Shown here piece by piece: positions 40,200 to 53,540 of a stretch of 64,000 bases of DNA; position 1 is the first letter of the stretch, and each line of letters opens with the position of its first letter. Under the pieces are notes generated by a model, which saw only the letters and a program-made list of their open reading frames with translations, was not told where the DNA came from and made no database searches. The translations under genes and the position numbers were made by a program. Source of the stretch: the human T2T-CHM13v2.0 reference genome, Homo sapiens; assembly GCF_009914755.1 (NCBI RefSeq), contig NC_060928.1; one strand, written 5' to 3'.

Positions 40200-42118
40200 T
40201 TCTGCCCCTGCCCCCCAAAATCTGATGTTTCTCACACATTATAAAATAAAATAATTATTTCCCAATAGTCCCCAAAAGCCTTACCTCACTCCAGCATCAC
40301 TCAGAAATCCCAAGTCCAAAGTCTTAAGTCTCATCTGATACCCAAGTCACGTTCATTCCACCTATGAGCTTGTAAAATAAAAAAAAAAAAAGTTATTTAT
40401 TTCCAAGATATAATGGTGGTACAGGCATTGGGTAAACATTCCCAATCCAAAATGGATAAATCAGTCAAAAGAAAGGGGCAACAGTCTCTAAGCCAGTCTA
40501 CAACCCAGCAGGGCAGACATTAGACCTTAGAGCTCCAAAATTATCCTTGGCTCCAAATCCTGTATCCGGATAATATGGTTTGGCTATGAACCACCCAAAT
40601 CTCATCTTGAACTGTGGTTCCCATAATTCCCATGTATTGTGGGAGGGACCTGGTGGGAGGTAATTGAATCATGGGGACGAGTCTTTCCCATGCCGTTCTT
40701 GTGACAGTGAATAAGTCTCATCAGATCTGATGGTTTTATAAAGGGGAGTTTCCCTACACAACCCCTCTTGCTTTCCACCATGTAAGACGTGACTTTGCTC
40801 CTCCTTTGCCTTCTGCCATGACTGTGAGGCCTCCACAGCCATGTGGAACTGTGAGTCAATTAAACACCTTGTTTTTATACATTACTCAGTCTCAGATACG
40901 CCTTTATTAGCAGCGTGAGAACAGACTAATACACCTGGTGTGAGGGATAGACTCCCAAAGCCTTGGGCAGCTCTGCTCCTGTGGTTTTGCTGTACGCAGT
41001 CAACACTACTGTTCTGATGGGTTGAAATCTAGTGCCTGTGGCTTTTTGAGGCTGAGGTTGCAAGCTGTTGGTAGTTCTACCATTCTTGGGTCTGGAGGGT
41101 GGCAGTCTCATTCCCACAGCTCCACTAAGCAGTGCCCTGGTGGGAACTCTGTATGCAGCCTCCAACACCACATTTCTCCTCAGTATTGCCCTGAGAGAGT
41201 TTTTCTGTGGGGGATCTGCCTCTGCAGCAAGCTTCAGCCTGGGCCCCCAGTCTTTTCAATACATCTTCTGAAACCTAGGGGGAAGCTGCCAAGTCTCCTC
41301 TATTATTGTATTCTGTGCACCTGCAGGCTTAACACCATGTGAAAACCACCAAGCCTTATGGCTTATGCCCTCTGTAGCAGTAGGGATGTAAAGTGCAGCC
41401 TCCTGGGGTGGCAGGGTTGACCCCTAAAACCATTCTTTTCTCCTAGGCCTCTGGGCCTGTGATGGAAGGGACTGGGTTGAAGATATCTGAAATGCCTGTG
41501 AGGTCTTTTTCCCGTTGTCTTGGCTATTAGTGCTCAGTTCCTTTGTAGTCATGCAAATCTCTCTAGCAAGTGGTTACTCCACAACCTGCTTGGATTCTTT
41601 CTATACCATAAAGCCAGGCTGCAATTTTGTATGCTCTGTCTCCCTTTTAGATACAAGTTCTAACTTTAAGTCACTTATTTGTTCTCATAACTAATCATAA
41701 GCTGTTAGAAGCAGGCCACATTTCAAACGCTTTGCTACTTAGAAATTTCTTCCACCAGATAACCTAATTCATCACTCTTAAGTTCACCCTTCCACAAAAC
41801 TCTAGAGCATGGACACAATGCAGCTAAATTCTTTGCTACTGTGTAACAAGGATGACCTTTACTCCAGTTTCCAGTAAGTTTCTCATTTCCATCTGTGACC
41901 TCTTAAGTCTGGCCTTCACTGTCCATTTCTCTATCACCATTTTGTTCACAACTATTTAACCAGTCTCTAAGAACTTCTAAACTTTCCCTCATCTTCCTGT
42001 CTTCTGCCAAACCTTCCAAACTCTTCAAAACTCTGCCCGTTACCCAGTTCCAGAATTGCTTCCAGATCTTCAGGTATCATCTTTAGAGCAATGCTCGAAT
42101 CCATGGTACCAATTAGTA
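40200..42118 (-). mobile_element. MST internal region (interrupted by a THE1 LTR)
   Basis: Reverse polypurine tract ttctgcccctgcccccc at the left LTR and ggtaccaatt (start of internal region) at the right LTR, with typical MaLR internal sequence between. Confidence 0.9.
40571..40933 (+). mobile_element. THE1C-like solo LTR
   Basis: taatatggtttggct...ccacccaaatctcatcttgaa...tttattagcagcgtgagaacagactaataca. Confidence 0.93.
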
Positions 42119-42538
42119 TCATGTTAGTCCATTTTTGGGTTTCTATAAAGAAATACCTGAGTCTGGGTAATTTATAAAGAAAGCAGGTTTATTTTGGCTC
42201 ATAGTTCTGCAGGCTGTACAAGAAATATGGTACCAGTATCTAGAACTTCTGGTGGGGGTCTTAGGAAGCTTACAATCATGGTGAAATCAGATGGGGGGAC
42301 AGACATATCACAATGTGAGAGCAGGAACAAGAGAAAGATAGAGGTGGGACGTGCCACACTATTTTAAACAACCAGATCTCACATGAACTCGAAGAAAGAG
42401 CTCACTTATTACTGTGAGAATAGCATTCATGAGGGACCTGCCCTCAAGACCCAAACACCTCCCACCAGGCCCCAACTCCACAATGGGGATTAGGTTTTAA
42501 TGTGAGATTTGGAGGGGACAAATATCCAAACCATATCA
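42119..42538 (-). mobile_element. MSTB-like MaLR 5' LTR
   Basis: Direct repeat of 39791-40199, ending ccatatca and followed by TSD gtatc at 42539-42543. Confidence 0.92.
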
Positions 42539-42655
42539 GTATCTAAAATGTAAATTATGATTAAATGGAGTGAGGGTGACATTCTGTATCTCTAACAAGT
42601 CTCCAGTTGATGTTCATGTTGCTGGGAAGTTTGGACCACAATTTGAGTAACAAGA
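42539..42655. mobile_element. MER5-like element, right part
   Basis: attctgtatctctaacaagtctccagttgatgttcatgttgctgg...ggaccacaatttgagtaacaag. Confidence 0.65.
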
Positions 42656-43088
42656 ATCTTGTCTATGTAAGAAATTCATTAAGAATTAATTCTAAGTGAT
42701 TATGACATAGTCATTTGGATATTTAAAAATAACAGCGAGATAAAACTCAAACAATGATTTTGCATCAAATTGGTATAATAATAGTATGGAAGCTATCTTA
42801 AGGAGAAAGAAAGTTTCAGATAAAGCTTCCCGTCTCCTCAGGATTAGTAGAAATAGTAACCTGAACATCAAGGCTAGGGAATCCAGCCATAATAATTTTT
42901 CTTTCTCTTTTTAATTTTTATTGACAAAACAAATATATTACCAGTAGGATTACTAATATAATAAATATGCTATTTAGGAAGACAGAAAAAGCATTTAATT
43001 CTATCCCATTAGCCCTAGGTATAGATTTAATTAGGACAATGGAATAACTTAAAATACCTGAAGGGATACTGAGGGAATTAGTTACAAA

Positions 43089-44033
43089 CAGAAGTAGATT
43101 TACCATAAAGCTAGTGAAGCTTATGCTTCAAGAACAATCAATTACATTGACATTTCCAAGGTCCTGGTCATAGCAATGTGTTCTGTGTCATAACATATTT
43201 ATATGCAATTCCCCAAATAAGATAATTTAAGAAAATTGGTTTAAACCATTGCCTTTTTTTTTTCATCCAGACTTTACTTCTATCTTATTTTTCATTGTAT
43301 CATGTGGCAGGAACCAAGATTTTGTGTACAGCTGAGAGGAAAGTTGAATTGGAGGTACATTTAATTAGGGTTTGATGGGATATGGTTATGTGGTTTGTAG
43401 TCAATTCTGTTTATAATTATGTTATTGCTAGGCTTGCTACTATAGTTTTCCTCCAATCCCCACAGCTGCCTTAACTCAGCAGCATGATAAAAAGGTAGAG
43501 AGATACAGTTATAGCATGGTAACAGTTTGAATTTTTGCACTTCCAAATCATAAAACTCAAATGAAAAAAATTTGATACAGATTTCCCAATTTGACCATAA
43601 ACAAATTTGTTAAAATTCAAAAATAAATTTTATATGCTATTAGTGATTTTTAACAAATTGTTTTGAGCAATTATGCCAGAAGTGAGAAAAATTATCTCTA
43701 TAGAAAATATTTTAAAATTTCTTTTGAAGAAAAAATAAAAGCTTGTATATTCCCCAAAATATAGGAAAGTGGTTGTTAGGGTATATGTAATTTTGTATTT
43801 AGTATTATAAAATATAGAATTTATTTAATGTAAGCCGTATGTTTTTATTTGGGGAATATATATGTACGGTTTAGTTTTATAATATTTATAATTTATTTTG
43901 TTTAATTTTCTCATCAGAAATACATACTGGTTTTAAACCTAATTTTGTATTTATCACATTTAATTCTTTTTTCTTTATTAAACGACCTTCACTTTATAAA
44001 TTGTACAAGTCCCACAACACCTGGTGTGCCCTG
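43089..44033. mobile_element. hAT-Tip100 DNA transposon relic, Zaphod/MER115-like
   Basis: Left end cagaagtagatttaccataaagctagtgaagcttatgcttca and right end cccacaacacctggtgtgccctg recall both termini of this family. Confidence 0.7.
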
Positions 44034-44035
44034 GA

Positions 44036-44170
44036 TGTAATCACTTCACTTCTTTGAATTTGTTTTCTTATTTGCAAAGTAATAACTGTCTCTCTGGGTT
44101 ATAGGAAGGATTAATTGAGATGATAAATGTGTTCAGTATAGGTCAATAAAGGTCAATAAATGTCAGTTGT
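44036..44170 (+). mobile_element. MIR fragment
   Basis: tcacttcacttctttgaatttgttttcttatttgcaaag...aggattaattgagatgat. Confidence 0.6.
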
Positions 44171-44400
44171 GATTTTTGCCATTACATGTATACATAGTCA
44201 ATATTTTAATTATTGATAGTTATTTCTTTCCTCCATCCAGCCTAACTTCTGCTCAGGAAGATATCTAACATCAAAATCAAATTGTGCTAGCCTCTGCTGG
44301 AAATCCTTTCAGTGATTGCTATTTTCTACAAGACTCATTTATAAAGCTATTTTCAATGAAACTTTTGATTTGTGTATTTGATATTTACCACATGATGTTT

Positions 44401-44565
44401 TGGGATATATATATATATATATATATATCCCAGTTTATATATATATATATATATCCCAGTTTATATATATATATATATATATTTTTATATATATTTATAT
44501 TATATATATTATATATTATATATATTTTATATTATATATTATATATATTTATACATAACATATAT
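44401..44565. repeat. (TA)n tract within an old L1M 3'-end fragment
   Basis: TA runs interrupted twice by cccagttt. The flanks (catgatgtttt..., tagtgaagcagaattacatacctatcatc) resemble a reverse L1MA 3' end. Confidence 0.85.
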
Positions 44566-45277
44566 TTACTCTAGTGAAGCAGAATTACATACCTATCATC
44601 TTACATACTTTTTTTGATGAGGTTCCTTACAATTCAATTTCCACTTTCCTCTCCAATTGCATCTCTTGAAATTTCACCCATTTACAGTTTTCAGATACAA
44701 TACTCGTTTACATGTTAGAGATCCAAGTCATGCCCTTTCACTTTTCTCTCCTTTGTTTATGGAATTCCTGCTTTTCAGAAGTCTTTCTCTCTTTCATAGC
44801 AATGTAAGTTTCTACTCATTCTTTAACAATGATCTTTTTTTTTTGAATTTTAAAAATTTATTAAAACTATTTGCATAATCCATACATATAAATTTAAAAA
44901 CATGATGTAATAGATAATTTCCTAGGAAAAATATAATTTTTCAAAATCAACTACTAAAAGAAACCAAATGTAGTTAGAAAATTTTCATACAAGAAATACA
45001 GAATTATCAAATTATCAATAAACACCAGGAACAAGAAGTTAAACATGGGGAATTCTATCAAAACTTCATTTTTATCAAAATTATCACTGAAATGATAATA
45101 TTGTGTTAATTTGCATTTAAAACTGTAAATTTATTGCCTTTTCACTTATTTATGGTTCATGTCATTTGACAGTTTTATTTGTATAGATATTGTTTGTCTG
45201 CTGCAGATGGTGCAATGATCTTAAATGTTAGATTTTATAAATTATGGCACAATGGATAAGAATTGACACTTACCTTG

Positions 45278-45633
45278 TGTCTTAGTCATCTTTCTGCTGC
45301 TATAACAGAACAATGACAGACAGTAATTTATGAAGAATAAACATTTTTTGGTCTCACATTTCTGGAGGCCAGGAAGTCCAAGAGCATGGTGCTGTCATTT
45401 GGCAAGTGTAATTCTATAGAAGAAGTGGAAGGGCCTGGAAGACAGAGAGAAAATTGGAGCTGAACTTGTTCTTTTATCAGGAGCCCACTTTTACAAAAAT
45501 GGTCTTTATTCGTTCATGATGGCTCCACCTTCATGGCCTAATAACCTCTCAAAGACTCCACTTCTTAATTCTTTTACCATGCCTTTCAAGTTTCCAACAC
45601 ATGAACTTTTTGGGGAAAAAATCAAACATAGCA
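45278..45633 (-). mobile_element. MSTC-like solo LTR
   Basis: tgtcttagtc...ctgctgctataacagaa...tctggaggccaggaagtccaagagcatggtg...cttttatcaggagcccact...aaacatagca. Confidence 0.85.
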
Positions 45634-46142
45634 TCGTGCATCAATCATATTCACTTAAAGAAGATATTGTTAAATATAGTAGGCAACATATAGTAACTTA
45701 TGAACCAGTCATTCCATACCTACAGTGAGAAACTCTTAAACTCTTTATAGGAGGACATGCTCTACCTAGCATTGTTTGTGCAGGAGAATGTTGAAGACCA
45801 CATAGATAAAATGAATAAATAAAATATACTAGGAGCACACAAAGAAATATTTTGAACAGTTAGGAAATTTATTATGTTCATTTTTATTATTGAACAAAAA
45901 GTAGAAGTGAACACAATCTATAGCATAAATTCATAGTGTAAATTAAAACATGTACTAAACGAACATTTTTACTCAAAAACACAAATATTTATACATTTGA
46001 GTGAGTGCCTATAATAAGGAGAAGAGTGGGGAGTCCCAGAAATGCTACATGAAATCTCTCATGCAAACATAAGATTATGTGTTTCCCATCTTTATTTCTT
46101 TATCTTTCACTATCTTTTGTCTGGGTGTTGTAATTTATTTAG

Positions 46143-46510
46143 TATCTTAGTTTGTTTGTGCTGCTATAAAAATACCTAAGACTAAGTGTAAGAACAGAAA
46201 TAAATGTCCTCATAACTCTTAAGTCTCGGAAGTCCAAGAGCAAATTGTAGGCATGTGTAGTGTCTGGTGAGGGTCTTAGTCTTTGCTTTCAAGATGGTGC
46301 TTTGAACATTGTGTCTTCACATCATGGAAGAGCAGAAGGACAAAAAGAGGCCTATGCGACTTCTCTCTAGCCCTTTCATAGGGCACTACTCCATTTATGA
46401 AGGCTGATCCCTCATGACTTAATCACTTTCCCAAAGTCCTCACCTCTTAATACCACCACAATGGGGATTAAGTGTCAACATGAATTTTGGAGGGGACACA
46501 AACCACAGAA
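46143..46510 (-). mobile_element. MSTD-like solo LTR
   Basis: tatcttagtttgtttgtgctgctataaa...tgtctggtgaggg...ttcaagatggtgc...ccctcatgacttaatcac...atgaattttggaggggacaca. Confidence 0.85.
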
Positions 46511-46519
46511 ATTAATGAG

Positions 46520-46715
46520 CTCAACGTCTCTCAGAAGGTAGACAAACAACCCTGTCAGTGTCATCCCGGAATATGCATTAAAAAAGCAGATACTTGAACT
46601 GTATTTTAGAACTGCTGAATGAGAATATATTCTAATAGAGCCTAGAAATATATATCCTATCATGAAGAAGCAACCCAGGTGTTTCTTAAAAATATATTTT
46701 GAAAATGATAGACTT
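46520..46715. mobile_element. MER5-like relic
   Basis: ttaaaaaagcagatact...actgctgaatgagaat...gagcctagaaat...cccaggtgtttctt. Confidence 0.45.
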
Positions 46716-48539
46716 AAACTGTGGGACACATGAAGTCAGAGTCACAGGAATCTCAGGGACACAAGTTCTAGAGATGCTGCCAACCATTTTTGACATTGGT
46801 TAAACATCATAATTATTCAATAAACATTTGTTTAAAGGCTAACTGGATTAACAATTTGATGGATGGCATTACTTCATAGAGAATAGATAGGTAGAAGAAA
46901 TCAAGACTACTAGAAAAAAATCATTATAAATCAAACATATATAATTAGAAAAATCTTATTTTACACCACAATAGAGCTCCAAGTTTATTTATCAATCTCC
47001 AATTAACAAATATACTTATATATACACATTTGACCATACACGTATATGTACTGTATATGTATATATGTATATGAGAAACTTCCCCAGTTTCTAACAAAGA
47101 AAATGAACAGCATGCATGCAAGACTAAATGCTAGCGTAATAGCATAGATTTTTGCCTGCTGTTTACATGTCCAAAATTTGCATTAGCTTTTGTATCCAAC
47201 TATCCTTAATCAGATTGGTAGTCCATTTGGAGTAGATTTAAGCCAGACTTTAAAACCATAATCTGCCCTTGACTATCTAGGTCAAATTCTCTTGGGAATT
47301 TGTGCCAGTTCAGGAAATTTGAAAATGTATTTTCATTCAAATAACTGTGTTCAAGCAAAGGGCACGCTGGAATTTGCCATTTTGGCTGCCATAACAACTA
47401 CCACTATCAGTATCTATGCACAGATGCTCAATGTGGGTAACTATTACTGGCAAGTTATGCTGGCGGCTCACACAAATGAATAATCGTTGGCTCATGATCA
47501 CCTTGACTCCCTAGATCACTTGGAATGGCCCAGCTGGGCTAAGCAGGAAATCTAGCTAACGAGAGGGATTTTTCTACCCTCTAGTCATGATGCATAATAT
47601 ACAGGATTTCACACAGCTGTTTTTTTAAAAGTTTATCCTAAAGTTTTTAGCATTATTTAAAATGTTTTTATTTTTATCTTATTAATAAAAATGCTATTTA
47701 TGTATATTGGATATAAGACAACGATTCAGTGAGGAATTGAAATTTTGAAATTCATACTTAAATGGAACATTACTTTTTCCTATGATACATTGTCCAATTG
47801 CTAATGAATAGCATCAGTCCAGCTGCTTACTGTGAAATTGCCACCCTTGCACCATGCATACAATAAAATAAGGAACACACTGTTATTAAAGCTGAACAGA
47901 AAATGCTATTTTTAAATGATTCAATCTATCTAATAGCAGCTAAGTAATGAAGTAAACATCATTAGTGAACTTTTCAGACTATATTTACATTTTGCTACCT
48001 TTCTCCCACCCCGTTTCACAAGGTTTCTGAGGATACAGTTTACTCTTTATGCTTAAATTGCGGATCTACAATTTACTGGGCCATTAACATCAAAAAGATA
48101 TATGCACTATTTCACTCTAAAGAACCACAGAGAGAGGAATGGGAAAAAGAATCTCTTTAATGTGTCTCCATCAGAAAAGATGATGGTACAGTGTTCCTAG
48201 ATCCTGTGATAGTGAGGAACCTCTAAGAACAATAAACATCTAACTAAAACGTGATAGGATGATTTTCCCCACCCTTCCTCAAAAGCTGACTCTTAATCCA
48301 AAGTCTGACTCTTCATCCAATGTCTTTGATCTATGGAAAGATATTACACATTTTATGTTTGAGATGGTATAAGCAAAATACAGAAAATTTCCTAAAGCCT
48401 TTTATCTTGAATTTCTAAATATGATTTAAAGAGAAATTATAATTTTTAATTAGGAAGTCATTAGGAGTATTTCTTAAAGTTGCTTTATTCTTACCTGAGG
48501 AGTACTGTAACTTCTTTTATGACTAAAATTATTACTGTA

Positions 48540-49670
48540 TTACAATCTATGGATTTAGTTCTTTTTTTCCCCCTTTCTCAATGCATGATTCTTTACCTCA
48601 CCTTACAAAACGTGGCAGTATGCCATTTTTTATTTCTTCCTCCCCGGCCTTTATTTTGCATTCTTCTTCAGCTGCACATTGAACTTCAGAATTTCTTCTA
48701 TCTGCAGCTTTCTTCTATCTCCTCTTATTACTCTATATATTTGCTCAGGTAATCTCCCATATTAATATTACAATCTTTGACATATTCATTTTAATCTATG
48801 TCTTCAGGTCATTTCTTTACCTGAGCTTCAGTCTTAAATAGCCAGATGACAATTCAGCTTGAAATTCAAATAAAACCCTAATATTCACTTAGATTATTTT
48901 TTTTACCCATCTTTTTTTTTTTTTTCTGCTGCTCTCTGTCATTTAACATCATCACTATGCACCCAGGTCAATTAAGAAACCTTGGACATATCATTGATTG
49001 TTCCTACTCTCTCATCTTTCATCAAATCAACCACCAAGTCAATGTGAATCTTCCATACTTTTGTCTACATTTCACAGTTCCATTTCCCATTAACCTAGTG
49101 AAACACTAGCAACTGTTTTGTACATGACAGCAGTGTAATTATTAAGCTGCCTGTCTTGGTCTCAGCACTCTCCAATTCATTCCTGACAATGCATCAAAAA
49201 TAATCCTCTATTTGACTTTACTATTCCACTGTAATAGCTCAGTGCCTTGACACCTTTCCATTCCTGTAGGATAGAATCCAAATGTCTTAGTATGGATTGC
49301 AAGGTCCTCACTGATTTGCCTTCTAATCTATTGCTAATCATGTTCTTATAGTCCACACCCTATGTAATGAGCTACTTTCGATTTCCCAGAGAACTATTCA
49401 TTTCTTTGGTCCAGTCTTTGTCATGCTGCTATTATCTTGAATATTTTTAATTTCTTTCTCACAACCCCTAGCACACTATACTGACTAAAGTTAAGTGTCT
49501 CTTCTACCCCTTTTTTCCCCATAGCATTCTAAATTTCAACTATTCGAATATTTATCACAATTTGTTGGAAATTCTTTTGTTAGCCATTTCACCCACTGGA
49601 TCTTAATTTCAGTGAGGGAAGGGTCTGTTTCTGAGAATCTAATTGGTGCCTCCAGCTTCTATTTTCCTAT
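48540..49670 (+). mobile_element. L2 LINE, degraded
   Basis: cctgagcttcag...agaaaccttgga...aatcaaccaccaagtc...taggatagaatccaaa...gtgagggaagggtctgtttct follows L2 order. Confidence 0.7.
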
Positions 49671-49775
49671 ATATAGCTATATGTGTACATGTATAGATAG
49701 GCTTATATATACATATATATATATATATGTATATGTGTGTATATATATATAAGTATATGTGTATATATATATATG
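49668..49775. repeat. (TA)/(TG) mixed tract
   Basis: Read directly. Confidence 0.85.
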
Positions 49776-50454
49776 TTCAGTGAATATTTGTTTAATAAAT
49801 ATATTAATATATGTTTTAGAGTTTTCCCACATGAAAACTAATCTAATAAAATACTTTCTTCTGTCTTGAAACCCAGAGACCACATTCTTTAAAATGAAAG
49901 GATTAGCCTGTATGTCCTCATATAATTTACTCCCTCTGGTCATCCTATATTTTCTGAAACAATTTTATACAAATATATAAGTGCCTTGAAAACATACAAT
50001 GTTCCTCCATTTTTATGAGAGAAGAAAAAAGAGGGGCAACAAACTTCAGAAAAATTAGAGAAAATAAGGAATTTTAGCAGAACCAGATATTTTGATGATA
50101 TAAAAGCAAAGACACAGCATAAGACGCAAATAAGAAAACTTACAAATTTAATTTCATTCAAATATTAAAGAAATGAAATATGACTATTTTTTAAAATCCC
50201 AGAAGTCTTACAGATAAACAACTATATTATATTTAATTTGGCATGATTTTATAAATTAAAACATTATTTTATTTAATATCTAGAAAAACAATGTAAGACA
50301 GAATGTTATTAGCCCTATCATATAAGTGACAAAATTGAAGCATAAGGTAAAACCTTGACAGAAATCATGGAGTCAGTAGATGCAGAGGTAGCATTAACAC
50401 TCAGATCCACAGTTCTTAATTCATTCTTAGTCACAGTAAGATACATCAGCATAT

Positions 50455-50751
50455 TGACTTATTTATTCATTTACTGAGACAGAGTCTGGCTCTGTGGCCC
50501 AAGCTGGAGTGCAGTGGCGTGATCTCAGCTCACTGCAACCTCCACCTCCCAGGTTCAAGAAATTCCCTGCCTCAGCCTCCTGAATAGCAGGGATTACAGG
50601 TGCCTGGCACCGCATCTGGCTAATTTTTGTATTTTTAGTAGAGACAGGTTTTCACCATCTTGGTCACTGGTCTTGAACTCCTGACCTCGTGATCCACCTG
50701 CCTCGGCCTCCCAAAGTTCTGGGCTTACAAGCGTGAGCCACCGCACCCGGC
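50455..50751 (-). mobile_element. AluS (Sg-like)
   Basis: Reverse Alu with a decayed (ATTT)-type tail. TSD tacatcagcat at 50442-50452 and 50752-50762. Confidence 0.93.
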
Positions 50752-50951
50752 TACATCAGCATTTTTTTAATTAGAATGGACTATACTTCCAACTTGCCCT
50801 AGTCACTGGATTTGACAATTATCCAACTCTCTCCACTTATCGTTCATACATCAAAGTCCTATTTTTATGGTATAATCATTCATAATAAATTTAGAAAAAT
50901 TTTCATTAAATACAGAGTATTAGATTGTTTAGAAACTTAAAAATAATTAGC

Positions 50952-51186
50952 TTTTATTTTTAATTTTTAATTTTTTTATTTCCATAGGTTTTTGGGGAAC
51001 AGGTGGTGTTTGGTTACACGAGTAAGTTCTTTAGTGGTGACTTGTGAGATTTTAGTGTGCCCATTACCTGAGCAGTATACACTGAACCCAGTGTGTAGTC
51101 TTCTATCCCTCACCCTCCTCCCACCCTTTCCCTGGAGTCCCCAAAGTCCATTGTATCATTCTTAGGCCTGTGGATCCTCATAGCTT
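50952..51186 (-). mobile_element. L1PB1-like 3' end, heavily 5'-truncated
   Basis: tccataggtttttggggaacaggtggtgtttggttacacgagtaagttctttagtggtga...ccccaaagtccattgtatcattctta. Flanking repeat tagctttt on both sides. Confidence 0.88.
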
Positions 51187-51480
51187 TTGTAAATAAGTCT
51201 TTGTCACACAGGTATGAGATAAAAGCCAGAGCAGTTATGAAACAAATAGAAAATTTGAGTTTTTCAGCAACAAAATGATATTCATATCATTCCAAGGGAG
51301 TATCTCTGCAATCAATAATGGTCTCTTCCAATCCATTTTTGAAGCAATAATCTAAGAAGATTTTCTAAAACTCAAATAAGATTACGTCCTCACCAGTTTA
51401 GAAAATGTAAGTGTTCGTTCCTAGCTAGGATGGCCACCCTTTGTTGTTTACCTTGCATCCATTTTCCCCTTCTCCTATGC

Positions 51481-51698
51481 CAGAAGTTTTTAACTGAAGG
51501 TGTTTTTAGCCTCTGGGGAAGATTTGGCAATGTATGGAGACTTTGTTATGCTTCACAACTGGGGAAGAGGACGCAACAGTCATTTAGTGGGTATAGGAGA
51601 GGGATGTACCTAAACACCTTCAGTGCATAGCACAGTCCCTCATCACAAAGAATTATCTGGCCTCAAATCTCAGCAGTACCAGGATCATGAAACCATCT
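51481..51698 (+). mobile_element. MER20 DNA transposon
   Basis: atttggcaatgtatggagac...cacaactgggg...gggatgtacctaaacacc...caaagaattatctggcctcaaat. Confidence 0.85.
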
Positions 51699-51884
51699 TC
51701 TTTGTTTAACCATATGTCAATTCATTTATATCAGTAATGTGATTTGTCACAAGAAAAAAACCAAAATTCACCAAATTAACATAGACAATATTTTATAATT
51801 TAATCCCTGCTGACATCTCAACGTTATTTATTATTACTCTACTTCTTTGTTCTGAATTATTTGCCATTTATAAAAATCATGCAT

Positions 51885-52285
51885 GTATCTGTCAAGATGA
51901 GATAAGCTATATTACATGGAGAAACACCTCTAAAATACCAGTAGCTTACAGTCACAAACTTTATTTCTTATGCTACATGCCCAAGGTATATTGGTAAGAG
52001 TGTTCTCATTGTACTGAAAGAAACTCAAGCAAATGGAGGCTTTATCATCTTAAGAAGCTTTTATTTCAAGCTGCGTCTTCAGGTTTCAGACTGGCAGGAG
52101 AAGAGAACATGGAACATTACAACGTGACCCTTAGTTGCTTCTATCCAACAATAAAATACATCACTTCCACTCACATTGGCCACAATATCTTGGCCAAAAA
52201 AGTCACATGGTTGTGGCATAACCGGCATTTTCTTGGAAGAAAAGAGAAATTAGAACTCTTAGTGAGCCCTAGTAGTATCTACTCC
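51885..52285 (-). mobile_element. Old MaLR LTR (MLT1J/L-like)
   Basis: tgtatctgtcaagatgagataagctat...tttatttctta...catcacttccactcacattggcc...agtcacatgg. Confidence 0.65.
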
Positions 52286-53194
52286 TGTGGGTTATTTTTT
52301 TCTCCTTATTTCCAGGACTAATTCATATTTAAGTTTAATGTAATGCATTACTTCTTAGATAAAGTCATCTTGATTCATTTTTTTTTGGACTTTGTCAGAT
52401 GCCTCTCTCTGGTGCCCTTATCATAACTTGTACATAGATCTCACATTTAGTATTTGCTATTGTGAAAGTCAATAGTTTGCCTCTGCTTGATGACTAGTCC
52501 TTGGCAGTAGAAGTTTCTTATTTATTGCTATATTTACAAAATCTAGCATACATGAAATGATTTAATTAAACATTTTTATACAAACGCACAAAATACCCCC
52601 TAAGTCAAATTATACAATGGAACACGTAAGAATCATTGATTTTTCTATCAAACGAGAGCCTCTTGCTTCTCCAGGTACCTGATGATTCACTGACTTAAAG
52701 TTCTATCCATATTTTCTCCTTATTCCAATATGAGAAAATGGCTCTCATGTCTTCAGAGCATCATAAAATGTAATTTGAAAGTATTGTAAAAATCATGTTG
52801 TATAAAATATATCAATTTTACGGTACCCAAGGCAATAATTTTTCTTTAAAAAATGACATTACTAAGTAAAGATAAGATAAATTATTGAGGATAGTCAAAC
52901 TCTTGTTCAACCTAGATTGCCTTCAAGCAACTTAAGAACCTTCAGTTTTAACTGCAAACAGCTTTCAGCATTCCCTGAAAAAAAAAAAATGATCAGGCAA
53001 ACAGTGGTGAATCTAATGGGTCCCAAAGAAACCCAAAACTGTTTGGGAAAATTGAATTCTCTCCCTCCTGAAAATACAGTTTTTGTCATATTACTGTGAA
53101 AAATGTTTACTTCATCACTGTTGCAGAAATATATTGACTTATTCATATATTAAAATTCTCCCCCGAATAAATCTAGCTGTATAATTCAATTCCA

Positions 53195-53306
53195 GGGAAA
53201 GGTCACTGGACTAAGACTCAGGAGACTCTAGTTGTTTTCCACATCTTGCCAGATTTAGTCAGGTCACTATGATTAAGTAAGACTTTTCTGAGCCTTAGTA
53301 TCCTTA
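53195..53306 (+). mobile_element. MIR fragment
   Basis: cactggactaagactcaggagactct...aagtaagacttttctgagccttagtatcctt. Confidence 0.6.
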
Positions 53307-53540
53307 TTTTTTTTTTTTAATTATACTTTAAGCTCTAGGATACATGTGCACAACGTGCAGGTTTGTTACATATGTATACATCTGCCATGTTGGTGTGCTG
53401 CACCCATTAACTCTTCATTTACATTAGGTATATCTCCTAATGCTATCCCTTCCCCCTCCCCCCACCCCACAACAGGCCCCTGTGTGTGATGTTCCCCTTC
53501 CTGTGTCCAAGTGTTCTCATTGTTCAATTCCCACCTATGA
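53307..53540 (-). mobile_element. L1PA4/5-like 3'UTR, 5'-truncated
   Basis: ttatactttaagctctaggatacatgtgcacaacgtgcagg...tttacattaggtatatctcctaatgctatcc...ttcccacctatga. Confidence 0.92.
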
